Positions 56,558 to 64,000 of a DNA stretch of 64,000 nt are shown in pieces. The DNA is taken from assembly GCA_963798845.1 (NCBI GenBank), contig CAWCUS010000001.1:64001-128000 (forward strand). The letters run 5' to 3'. Source of the DNA: an uncultured Gemmatimonadales bacterium (GTDB lineage: Bacteria > Gemmatimonadota > Gemmatimonadetes > Longimicrobiales > RSA9). Below the pieces are notes generated by a model, which was not told the origin of the DNA, did not search any database, and saw nothing but the letters and a program-made list of their open reading frames with translations. A program made the translations under genes and the position numbers. Each line of letters begins with the position of its first letter. Within the stretch, counting starts at the first letter, position 1.

Positions 56558-58108
56558 TCACTCCCACTCGATCGTGGAGGGAGGCTTGGAGCTGACGTCG
56601 TACGTCACCCGGTTCACGCCGGCCACCTCGTTGATGATCCGGTTCGAGATCCGCCCCAGCGCCTCGGGCGGAAAGGGGAACCAGTCGGCCGTCATCCCGT
56701 CGCGACTGGTCACCGCTCTCAAGGCGATCACGTTGTCGTAGGTCCGGAAGTCGCCCATCACGCCCACGCTGCGCACCGGCAGCAGCACGGCGAACGCCTG
56801 CCAGATGTCGTCATACAGCTCGGCGGCCCGGATCTCCTCGAGGAAGATGGCGTCCGCCTCGCGCAAGACGGCCAGCCGCTCCCGGGTGATCTCGCCCAGG
56901 ACGCGCACGGCCAGCCCGGGGCCAGGGAACGGGTGCCGACCCACCAGCTCTTCGGGGAGCCCCAGCTCCCGCCCAACGTTGCGGACCTCGTCCTTGAACA
57001 GCTCCCGCAACGGCTCGATGAGCTCGAACTTCATGTCCTTCGGCAACCCGCCCACGTTGTGGTGCGTCTTGATGACCGCCGAGGGCCCGCGCACCGACTG
57101 CGACTCGATCACGTCCGGGTAGAGTGTGCCCTGCACCAGGTACGCGGCGCCGCGCCCCAGCTCCTCCGCCGCCTTTTCGAAGACGCGGATGAAGCGCTCC
57201 CCGATGATCCGACGCTTTTCTTCCGGATCCGTCACGCCCTCGAGACGGCTCAGGAACTCGTCGGAAGCTTCCACCACCTCGAGCCGGATGCCCAGGTGGC
57301 GACGGAACGTGCGCTCCACCCCCTCTCGCTCCGCCTTCCGCAGGAGTCCGGTGTCCACGAAGATCGCCGTCAGCTGGTCTCCGATGGCGCGGTGCACCAG
57401 CGCCGCGGCGACGGACGAGTCGACTCCGCCCGATAGGCCGCAGATGACCTGGCCTTCGCCCACCAGCTCCCGTATCCGCGCGACGTGCGTGTCGATGAAG
57501 GAACCAGGCGTCCAGTCCGGCTCGCACCCGCAGATCTGGAAGAGGAAGTTCGACAGGATCTCGTCGCCCCGCGGAGTGTGCGCCACTTCCGGGTGGAACT
57601 GAACGCCGAGCAGCCGGCCGGATGCGGAGCGGAACGCCGCCACCGGCAGCGACCCGGTGGTGCCGGTGGTCTGGTACCCGGGAGGCGCCTCGTCCACGTG
57701 GTCGCCGTGGCTCATCCAGACCGTGATCCCCTCCCCCGCCTCGAAGCCGTGGAACAGCCCGGCGGCCTCCACCACCCGCATCTCCGCGCGCCCGTATTCG
57801 CGGCGGCCGGGTTGCACCCGCCCTCCGTTGGCCTGCGCGACGAGCTGCATGCCGTAGCAGATTCCGAGCACGGGGACATCCAGATCGAGCACGCCCCGGT
57901 CGAGCCCGGGCCCCTCGGTGTCGTACACCGATGCGGGTCCGCCCGAGAGGATGATCCCGCGCGGCCTCCAGGCTCGGATATCGCCGAGGGGCAGGGTGGG
58001 CGGATGGATCTCGCAGTACACCCGCTCCTCGCGGATGCGTCGGGCGATCAGCTGCGTGAACTGCGAGCCGTAGTCCAGGATCAGGATGCGGTTCTCTGTT
58101 CCGTTCAT
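56558..58108 (-). CDS. guaA: GMP synthase (glutamine-hydrolysing)
   Basis: [43 protein letters not shown]. Confidence 0.97.
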   Translation of the reverse strand: MNGTENRILILDYGSQFTQLIARRIREERVYCEIHPPTLPLGDIRAWRPRGIILSGGPASVYDTEGPGLDRGVLDLDVPVLGICYGMQLVAQANGGRVQPGRREYGRAEMRVVEAAGLFHGFEAGEGITVWMSHGDHVDEAPPGYQTTGTTGSLPVAAFRSASGRLLGVQFHPEVAHTPRGDEILSNFLFQICGCEPDWTPGSFIDTHVARIRELVGEGQVICGLSGGVDSSVAAALVHRAIGDQLTAIFVDTGLLRKAEREGVERTFRRHLGIRLEVVEASDEFLSRLEGVTDPEEKRRIIGERFIRVFEKAAEELGRGAAYLVQGTLYPDVIESQSVRGPSAVIKTHHNVGGLPKDMKFELIEPLRELFKDEVRNVGRELGLPEELVGRHPFPGPGLAVRVLGEITRERLAVLREADAIFLEEIRAAELYDDIWQAFAVLLPVRSVGVMGDFRTYDNVIALRAVTSRDGMTADWFPFPPEALGRISNRIINEVAGVNRVTYDVSSKPPSTIEWE

Positions 58109-59367
58109 TCGATCAGGAGGTCCTCCTCCCCTGCGATGAGGTCGTGGTAGCTCTCCCTCGCCCGGATCAGCCGGGCTGCCCCGCCATCCACCAGCACTTC
58201 GGCCGGGCGCGGACGCGCGTTGTACGTCGAGGCCATGGAGAATCCGTACGCCCCGACGGTGTGGATCGCCAGCACCTCGCCCGGCTCCGGGACCGGCATC
58301 GCCCGATCCAGGGCGAGGAAGTCGCCTGATTCGCAGATCGGACCGACCACGTCCACCCGCGCTTCCGGCCGCTCCAGCTGCGTGTCCACCCGCTGCACGC
58401 GATGGTAGCTCGAGTAGTGACTGGGCCGGAGCAGGTCGTTCATGCCCGCGTCGGTGACGACGAACGTCTTCCCCGCGCCCTGCTTGATGTAAAGCACCCG
58501 CGTCAGCAGCACACCCGCGTGCCCGATCACGTAGCGGCCGGGCTCGAGGACAAGGCGCAGCCCGCTCGTGGCCAGGTGCGGAACGATACGCTCTGCGAAC
58601 TCCTCGGGATCCGGATCCTGCTCCTGGTCATAGGCGACGCCGAAGCCGCCTCCGAGATCGAGCAGCCGCAACCGGATCCCCTCACGACCGAGGCCGTCCA
58701 CCAGCTCGAGCAGGTGGAGCAGCGACTGGCGGTACGGCTCCGGGTCCAGGATCTGGCTCCCGATGTGGGCGTCGATGCCCACGGGATCGAGCCAGGGCAG
58801 CCCCGCCGCCACGCGGTACAGGCCGAGCGCTTCCTGCGCCGGAACGCCGAATTTCGTGCTCCTGTGACCTGTTCGGGTGTATGCGTGCGGCGTCGGGCTT
58901 TCAATGTCCGGGTTGATGCGCAGCGCCACGGGGGCGACCTGCCCGGTCACCTCCGCCACTTCCGCCAGTGCGCGGAGCTCGCCCTCGCTCTCCACGTTGA
59001 AGCAGAGGATCCCGGCTTCGAGGGCGGCAGCGAGCTCCGTACGCGTCTTGCCCACTCCGCTGAACACGATCCGGTCCGGCCGGATCCCGGCTCGTAGGGC
59101 ACGGTGCAGCTCGCCACCGCTGACGATGTCGGCGCCGCACCCCGCGCGACCGAGAAGTCGCAGGATGGAGAGGTTGTCGTTGGCCTTGACGCTGTACGCG
59201 ACCAGATGGTCCAGCGGCCGGAACGCCGCTCCCAGAGCGCCCAGCCGGTCGAGCATGCTGCGGCGGCTGTACACGTAGAGCGGGGTGCCGTGCTCGGCCG
59301 CGAGGTCGTCGAGCGGAACCTCCTCGCAGTGGAGCCTGTGATCCCGGTACACGAAGTTCCCGGGCAC
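58105..59367 (-). CDS. lysA: Diaminopimelate decarboxylase
   Basis: [43 protein letters not shown]. Confidence 0.95.
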   Translation of the reverse strand: MPGNFVYRDHRLHCEEVPLDDLAAEHGTPLYVYSRRSMLDRLGALGAAFRPLDHLVAYSVKANDNLSILRLLGRAGCGADIVSGGELHRALRAGIRPDRIVFSGVGKTRTELAAALEAGILCFNVESEGELRALAEVAEVTGQVAPVALRINPDIESPTPHAYTRTGHRSTKFGVPAQEALGLYRVAAGLPWLDPVGIDAHIGSQILDPEPYRQSLLHLLELVDGLGREGIRLRLLDLGGGFGVAYDQEQDPDPEEFAERIVPHLATSGLRLVLEPGRYVIGHAGVLLTRVLYIKQGAGKTFVVTDAGMNDLLRPSHYSSYHRVQRVDTQLERPEARVDVVGPICESGDFLALDRAMPVPEPGEVLAIHTVGAYGFSMASTYNARPRPAEVLVDGGAARLIRARESYHDLIAGEEDLLIE

Positions 59368-59375
59368 GTCCGGCG

Positions 59376-60875
59376 TCAGTAGGCCCGCGCCCAGACGACC
59401 TCGTGCTTCGCTTCACCACCGCACACGAGGCATCGCTCCGGCGGGCTCTCCGACCGGTACTCCTCCCCGGGCAGCACGCGGATCGTGGCCTTGGTCTCGT
59501 TCTTCACCTTTGCTTCACACTCCTGCGAGCCGCACCACCCGGCGAAGAAGAACCCGCCCTCCGCTTCCAGCTGGGCGCGGAAGGCGTCGTAGTCGCTGAC
59601 CTGGTGCGACGCCGCGCGGAGTCGGGCGCGGGCCAGCTCCAGCATGCTCCGCTGGATCTCGTCCAGCCGCTCCGGAATCAGCCGGATCGCCGCTTCCTCG
59701 GCCAGGAACTCTTTCCGGTCCTCCCCTTCCGCCGTGACGCGCCGAACCAGAACGACCTGCTGCTTCGCCACGTCACGCGGCCCGATCTCCACGCGCAGCG
59801 GGACGCCCTTCCGCTCCCACTCGTAGTACTTGGCGCCCGGCGACAGGTTGTCGCGCAGGTCAACGTGCACGCGCACACCGCGGGTGCGCAGAGCGCCCGC
59901 GACCTGCTCCGCCTTGACCATGACGAGGGTGCGCTGCTCATCGCTCTTCCAGATGGGCGTGATCACGACCTGGTGCGGCGCGAGCCGGGGTGGGAGGACC
60001 ACGCCGGCGTCGTCGCCGTGCGTCATCACCAGGCCACCCACGAGACGCGTGCTCACGCCCCAGGACGTGTTCCAAGCGTATTCCCAGTCCCCGCTCTCGG
60101 CCTGGAACTTCAGGTCGAACTGCCGGGAAAAGTTCTGCCCCAGCATGTGGCTCGTGCCCGCCTGGAGCGCCCTGTTGTCCTGCATCAGCGCTTCCAGGCC
60201 GTACGTGTAGTCCGCCCCCGGGAACTTCTCCGACTCCGTCTTCCTCCCCGTGATCACCGGCATTGCCATCCAGTCCTCCATGAAGGACCGGTACACGCCC
60301 AGGATCGTGCGCGCCTCGTGCTCGGCTTCCGCGCGGGTGGCGTGGGCGGTGTGTCCCTCCTGCCACAGGAACTCGGACGTGCGCAGGAACAGCCGCGTGC
60401 GCATCTCCCAGCGCACCACGTTGGCCCACTGGTTCACCAGGATCGGCAGGTCGCGATAGCTCTGCACCCAGCGGGAGTATGCGTCGTAGATGATCGTCTC
60501 CGACGTCGGCCGCACCACGAGCGGCTCCTCCAGCTTCGACTCCGGGTCGGGGACCAGCCCCCCTTTCCCGTCCGAGATCAGGCGCGTGTGTGTGACCAGC
60601 GCCATCTCCTTGGCGAAGCCCTCCACGTGCTTCGCCTCCCGTGCGATGAAACTGAGCGGGATGAGCAGCGGGAAATACGCGTTCTGGTGCCCGGTCTCCT
60701 TGAACTTGTCGTCCAGGGCGCGCTGCATGTTCTCCCACAGGGTGTAGCCCCACGGGCGGATCACCATGCTCCCGCGCACGGGCGAGTAGTCCGCCAGCTC
60801 CGCGCGGAGAACCACCTCGTTGTACCAGCTCGAGAAATCCTTCGCCCTCGGCGTCAGCCCCTTGTCGTCAGCCAT
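59376..60875 (-). CDS. proS: Proline--tRNA ligase (archaeal/eukaryotic type)
   Basis: RPTSET, QWANVVRWE, FLRTSEFLWQEGHT, QAGTSH.LGQNF, SWGVSTR, Cys-containing C-terminal domain ending ARAY; no INS editing domain. Confidence 0.95.
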   Translation of the reverse strand: MADDKGLTPRAKDFSSWYNEVVLRAELADYSPVRGSMVIRPWGYTLWENMQRALDDKFKETGHQNAYFPLLIPLSFIAREAKHVEGFAKEMALVTHTRLISDGKGGLVPDPESKLEEPLVVRPTSETIIYDAYSRWVQSYRDLPILVNQWANVVRWEMRTRLFLRTSEFLWQEGHTAHATRAEAEHEARTILGVYRSFMEDWMAMPVITGRKTESEKFPGADYTYGLEALMQDNRALQAGTSHMLGQNFSRQFDLKFQAESGDWEYAWNTSWGVSTRLVGGLVMTHGDDAGVVLPPRLAPHQVVITPIWKSDEQRTLVMVKAEQVAGALRTRGVRVHVDLRDNLSPGAKYYEWERKGVPLRVEIGPRDVAKQQVVLVRRVTAEGEDRKEFLAEEAAIRLIPERLDEIQRSMLELARARLRAASHQVSDYDAFRAQLEAEGGFFFAGWCGSQECEAKVKNETKATIRVLPGEEYRSESPPERCLVCGGEAKHEVVWARAY

Positions 60876-60922
60876 GACCACCCATCATCTCGTCCGTTCC
60901 TCGCTCCCCGCACGTGAACCGG

Positions 60923-61165
60923 CTACTCGTCGTCGCGATCCCGCTTCGGCAGCAGGTGCACCAGCATTGGCACCAGCACCAGGAGCGCGCTCAGCGTCAG
61001 CCAGGTCCGCACGAACGGGAGTCCCGCCCCTGTGAGGACCCAGGCGACGAGCGCGCCGCCGCCCACCGCGGCTACCGCCACGCCCGTCCAGATCCCGGCC
61101 AGGATCCAGTCCAGCCGACGGAGGAGCCGGCGCCGGTGCCGGTCGTGCTCGTCTCCGGCGTTCAT
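60923..61165 (-). CDS. Small 2-TM hypothetical protein
   Basis: MNAGDEH...; ATGA coupling to the hisS stop; two hydrophobic helices. Confidence 0.65.
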   Translation of the reverse strand: MNAGDEHDRHRRRLLRRLDWILAGIWTGVAVAAVGGGALVAWVLTGAGLPFVRTWLTLSALLVLVPMLVHLLPKRDRDDE

Positions 61166-62436
61166 GCGCCAAGTGCTTCGAGCGGGACTTCCCGCTCCTC
61201 TCCGGTGCCCATCGACCGGATCACGGCCACACCCCGCTCCGCCTCTTCCGGCCCCAGCACGATGGCTTCGCGGGCGCTGCGCACGTCCGCGTCCCGGAAC
61301 TGCTTCCCCACCCCGATCTGACGCAGCGTGTACGTCACCGAGTGACCCCTCGCGCGCAGCCGCCTCGCCAGTCGGCGCATGGTGGGCCGCTGCGCCTCCG
61401 TGATCGTCACGATGAAGTAGTCGGGTCCCGGGACGGCTTCCGGAAGGAGCCCGCGATCGCGCAGCAGGTCGCTCAGGACCACGTCGCCCATGCCGAAGCC
61501 CACCGCAGGCAGCGACAGGTCGCTCACCGCGCCCAGAAGGTCGTCGTAGCGGCCACCGCCGCAGATCGCCCGTAGCTCGCCACGGCGGTCGAAGATCTCG
61601 AACACCGTCCCGGTGTAGTACGCCAGCCCGCGGACGATGGTAGGGTCGAACTGAACGTGCCCGGACCAGCCGAGGTCGTCCAGGAGACCGAAATACTCGC
61701 GTAAGCGGTCGATGTCGGCGGCGAGCGCGTCGTCTCCCGCCGCGCCTGCGCCAAGGCCGTCCAGGTCCGAGCGCAACAGATCCAGCACCGCGTCCACCAC
61801 CGCCGGCGTGAGGCCCGCCGACTCCCTCAGCCGGCGCCGCGTCTCCTGCTCGTCCTCGCGGCTCATCTTGTCGATGGCCGTGTAGGTGGCCGCCAGCCGG
61901 TCCCGTGGAACGCCGCTGTTGGTGAGCACGCGCTCCAGCAGCCGGCGATCGTTGATCCGGGCGACGACGTCCTCGGCCGTAAGCCCCAGCGTCGCCAGCG
62001 AGTCCAATGCCACCGAGAGCACTTCCGCATCCGCCGCCACGTCCGGCTCGCCGATGATGTCCGCGTTCCACTGGAAGTGCTCGCGCAGCCGGCCCCGCTG
62101 CGTGCGCTCGTAGCGGAAAAGCTGAGGGATGGTGAACCACCGGATCGGCTTCGGCAGCGAGCGCCCTCGCTCGCCGACCATGCGCGCGAGGGTGGGCGTC
62201 ATCTCCGGGCGAAGCGCGACCGCGCGACCACCCTTGTCCTCGAAGGTGTACAGCTGCTCGACGATCTCCTCGCCACTCTTCTCCACGTACAGCTCCAGCG
62301 ACTCCAGCGGCGGACCGTCATACTCCTCGAAGCCGTAGCGGCGGGCGGTGGCGCGCCACGCGGACGCGATGTGGTGGCGGGCCGCGTAATCGGCCGGGAA
62401 GAAATCGCGGAAACCGGGCAGGCTCTGGAACGTCAT
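61162..62436 (-). CDS. hisS: Histidine--tRNA ligase
   Basis: GFRDF, LRPEMTP, FRYER.QRGR.REHFQ, RGLAYYTG, GGGRYD. Confidence 0.96.
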   Translation of the reverse strand: MTFQSLPGFRDFFPADYAARHHIASAWRATARRYGFEEYDGPPLESLELYVEKSGEEIVEQLYTFEDKGGRAVALRPEMTPTLARMVGERGRSLPKPIRWFTIPQLFRYERTQRGRLREHFQWNADIIGEPDVAADAEVLSVALDSLATLGLTAEDVVARINDRRLLERVLTNSGVPRDRLAATYTAIDKMSREDEQETRRRLRESAGLTPAVVDAVLDLLRSDLDGLGAGAAGDDALAADIDRLREYFGLLDDLGWSGHVQFDPTIVRGLAYYTGTVFEIFDRRGELRAICGGGRYDDLLGAVSDLSLPAVGFGMGDVVLSDLLRDRGLLPEAVPGPDYFIVTITEAQRPTMRRLARRLRARGHSVTYTLRQIGVGKQFRDADVRSAREAIVLGPEEAERGVAVIRSMGTGEEREVPLEALGA

Positions 62437-62445
62437 CGGCCGAAC

Positions 62446-63762
62446 CTATCCCGCGGCCGCCCCCGGCTGCAACCCCGGATCAGGGCCGAAGGGGGCGATC
62501 CCGAGGGCCCGCATGGCGTCTCCAACGGTGTGGACGGAGCCGGTGCAGACGACCGTTCCCGCGCCGGCTTCCGCCGACGCCTCGGCGAGGGCCGTCGCGA
62601 AAGGCCGGACCACACGGACTCCGGCGGGGTGGCCGAGTCGCGAGAGCACGGCCTCCGGCTCCCAACGCCGCTCCGCCGGCGCCGATGGCGGCTCGACCAG
62701 CAGCGCCCCGTCCGTGTGCCCGAACAGCGGAGGGAGCATGCGGTCCCAGTCCTTGTCGCCCAGGATGCCGACCACGGCCATCAGCGGCCGCGGAAGGCGG
62801 AGATCGGCAAGGGCCGTGAGCAGAGACTCCATGCCGGGCGCGTTGTGGGCCACGTCGAATACCCACGTGGTGTCGCCGATCCGCTCCACCTGCAGACGGC
62901 CGGGCCAGCGGGTCCGGGCCACTCCGTCGATCACTGCCGCGCGGCCCGGCCGCAGCGGGGGCGGCAGGAGCTCGAGCGCGCGGACGGCCACGGCCAGGTT
63001 CGTCGCCTGGTGGCGGCCGGCGAGGGGAACGCGCAGCGATAGGTCGCCCCAGGACGTCGGGATCAGGGCGCTGGTCCCCAGCACATCGCCGCCCACGAGC
63101 TTCGCGGCCACCCGGTGCACGGGCGCGCCTACTTCCGCCGCCCGCCCTTCCAGCACGCCCAGGACATCCGGGTCCACCTCGCCGGTCACCAGCGGGACGC
63201 CCGCCTTGATGATTCCCGCCTTCTCCCTCGCGATCGTTCGGGGGTCGTCGCCGAGGTACTGGGCGTGGTCCATCCCCACGTTCGTGATCACGGTGACATC
63301 CGGGTCGACCACGTTCGTCGAGTCGAGCCGCCCGCCCATCCCCACCTCCACCACTGCCACATCGACCTCGGCCCGCCGCAGCGCCAGGAACGCGATCACG
63401 GTCGCCGCCTCGAAGAAGGACGGCGACTCCGCCTCGATCAGAGGCCAGAGCGCGGTGGCGGCATCGAGAAGATCTGCCTGGTGGATGGGCCGCCCGTCCA
63501 CCTGGATGCGCTCCCGGAACTCGACCAGGTGCGGGGATGTGTAGAGCCCGGTGCGCAGGCCGGCTCGTCGCAGGACCGACTCCACCATGGCGGCCACGGA
63601 TCCCTTCCCGTTGGTCCCGCCGATGTGGACGACATGATAGGCGCCGTGCGGATCGCCCACGCTGGCCAGCATGCGCCGTGTGCGGTCGAGCCCCCAGCGT
63701 ATCCCTCCCCGTAAGCGCGGGAAGAGGGTGTCGATGAGGGCGCTGTACGAGAGCTCGGTCAA
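62446..63762 (-). CDS. folC: Folylpolyglutamate synthase/dihydrofolate synthase
   Basis: [41 protein letters not shown]. Confidence 0.95.
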   Translation of the reverse strand: MTELSYSALIDTLFPRLRGGIRWGLDRTRRMLASVGDPHGAYHVVHIGGTNGKGSVAAMVESVLRRAGLRTGLYTSPHLVEFRERIQVDGRPIHQADLLDAATALWPLIEAESPSFFEAATVIAFLALRRAEVDVAVVEVGMGGRLDSTNVVDPDVTVITNVGMDHAQYLGDDPRTIAREKAGIIKAGVPLVTGEVDPDVLGVLEGRAAEVGAPVHRVAAKLVGGDVLGTSALIPTSWGDLSLRVPLAGRHQATNLAVAVRALELLPPPLRPGRAAVIDGVARTRWPGRLQVERIGDTTWVFDVAHNAPGMESLLTALADLRLPRPLMAVVGILGDKDWDRMLPPLFGHTDGALLVEPPSAPAERRWEPEAVLSRLGHPAGVRVVRPFATALAEASAEAGAGTVVCTGSVHTVGDAMRALGIAPFGPDPGLQPGAAAG

Positions 63763-64000
63763 GCGCTCTCCGCGACCTCGGACGGAGGCAGCCCCAGCAT
63801 GTGCCGCAGGTACCCGGCCACCCTCGCCTTCATGGCCCGGCGGTCCACGATGGCGTCCACCATCCCGTGCTCCAGGAGGAACTCGGCGCGCTGGAAGCCC
63901 TCCGGCAGCTCCTGACGGATGGTCTGCTCGATCACGCGGGGGCCGGCGAAACCGATGAGCGCGCCCGGCTCGGCGATGTTCACGTCCCCGAGCATGGCGT
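63759..64000 (-). CDS. accD: Acetyl-CoA carboxylase carboxyltransferase beta subunit (3' part; runs off the window)
   Basis: [41 protein letters not shown]; upstream of folC. Confidence 0.93.
   Translation of the reverse strand, partial: AMLGDVNIAEPGALIGFAGPRVIEQTIRQELPEGFQRAEFLLEHGMVDAIVDRRAMKARVAGYLRHMLGLPPSEVAESA

Overview
High-GC bacterial chromosomal window. The gene content (6-bladed propeller lipoprotein, DUF4159/DUF4175 cluster, archaeal-type ProRS, JAB-fused DinG, ADOP-type permease remnant) suggests Gemmatimonadota, but that is an inference. About 55 densely packed genes; no rRNA, tRNA, CRISPR array, transposase, integrase or phage genes were recognised. 1-14.2 kb: accessory metabolic/stress-type island (ASRT-family protein, TPP enzyme, enolase-superfamily enzyme, FAD/Fe-S oxidoreductase, GH15, His-containing membrane protein, DUF421, Na+/H+ antiporter, PPC protein, SDR, CDP-alcohol phosphotransferase, CBS protein) behind a sigma54-like site. 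About 14.36-14.84 kb: candidate two-hairpin sRNA/attenuator with its own promoter, followed by an orphan 85-aa gene. 16-64 kb: mostly minus-strand housekeeping genes (purH, purN, erpA, gmhB, selA, valS, dapL-like, rsmI, trxA, clpB, guaA, lysA, proS, hisS, folC, partial accD), interspersed with an orphan histidine kinase, a small glycan-modification trio, a JAB-DinG helicase and a four-gene uncharacterised envelope module. Product calls come from recognised motifs only; no database searches were run. Several starts were moved from the ORF track to RBS- or coupling-supported codons.
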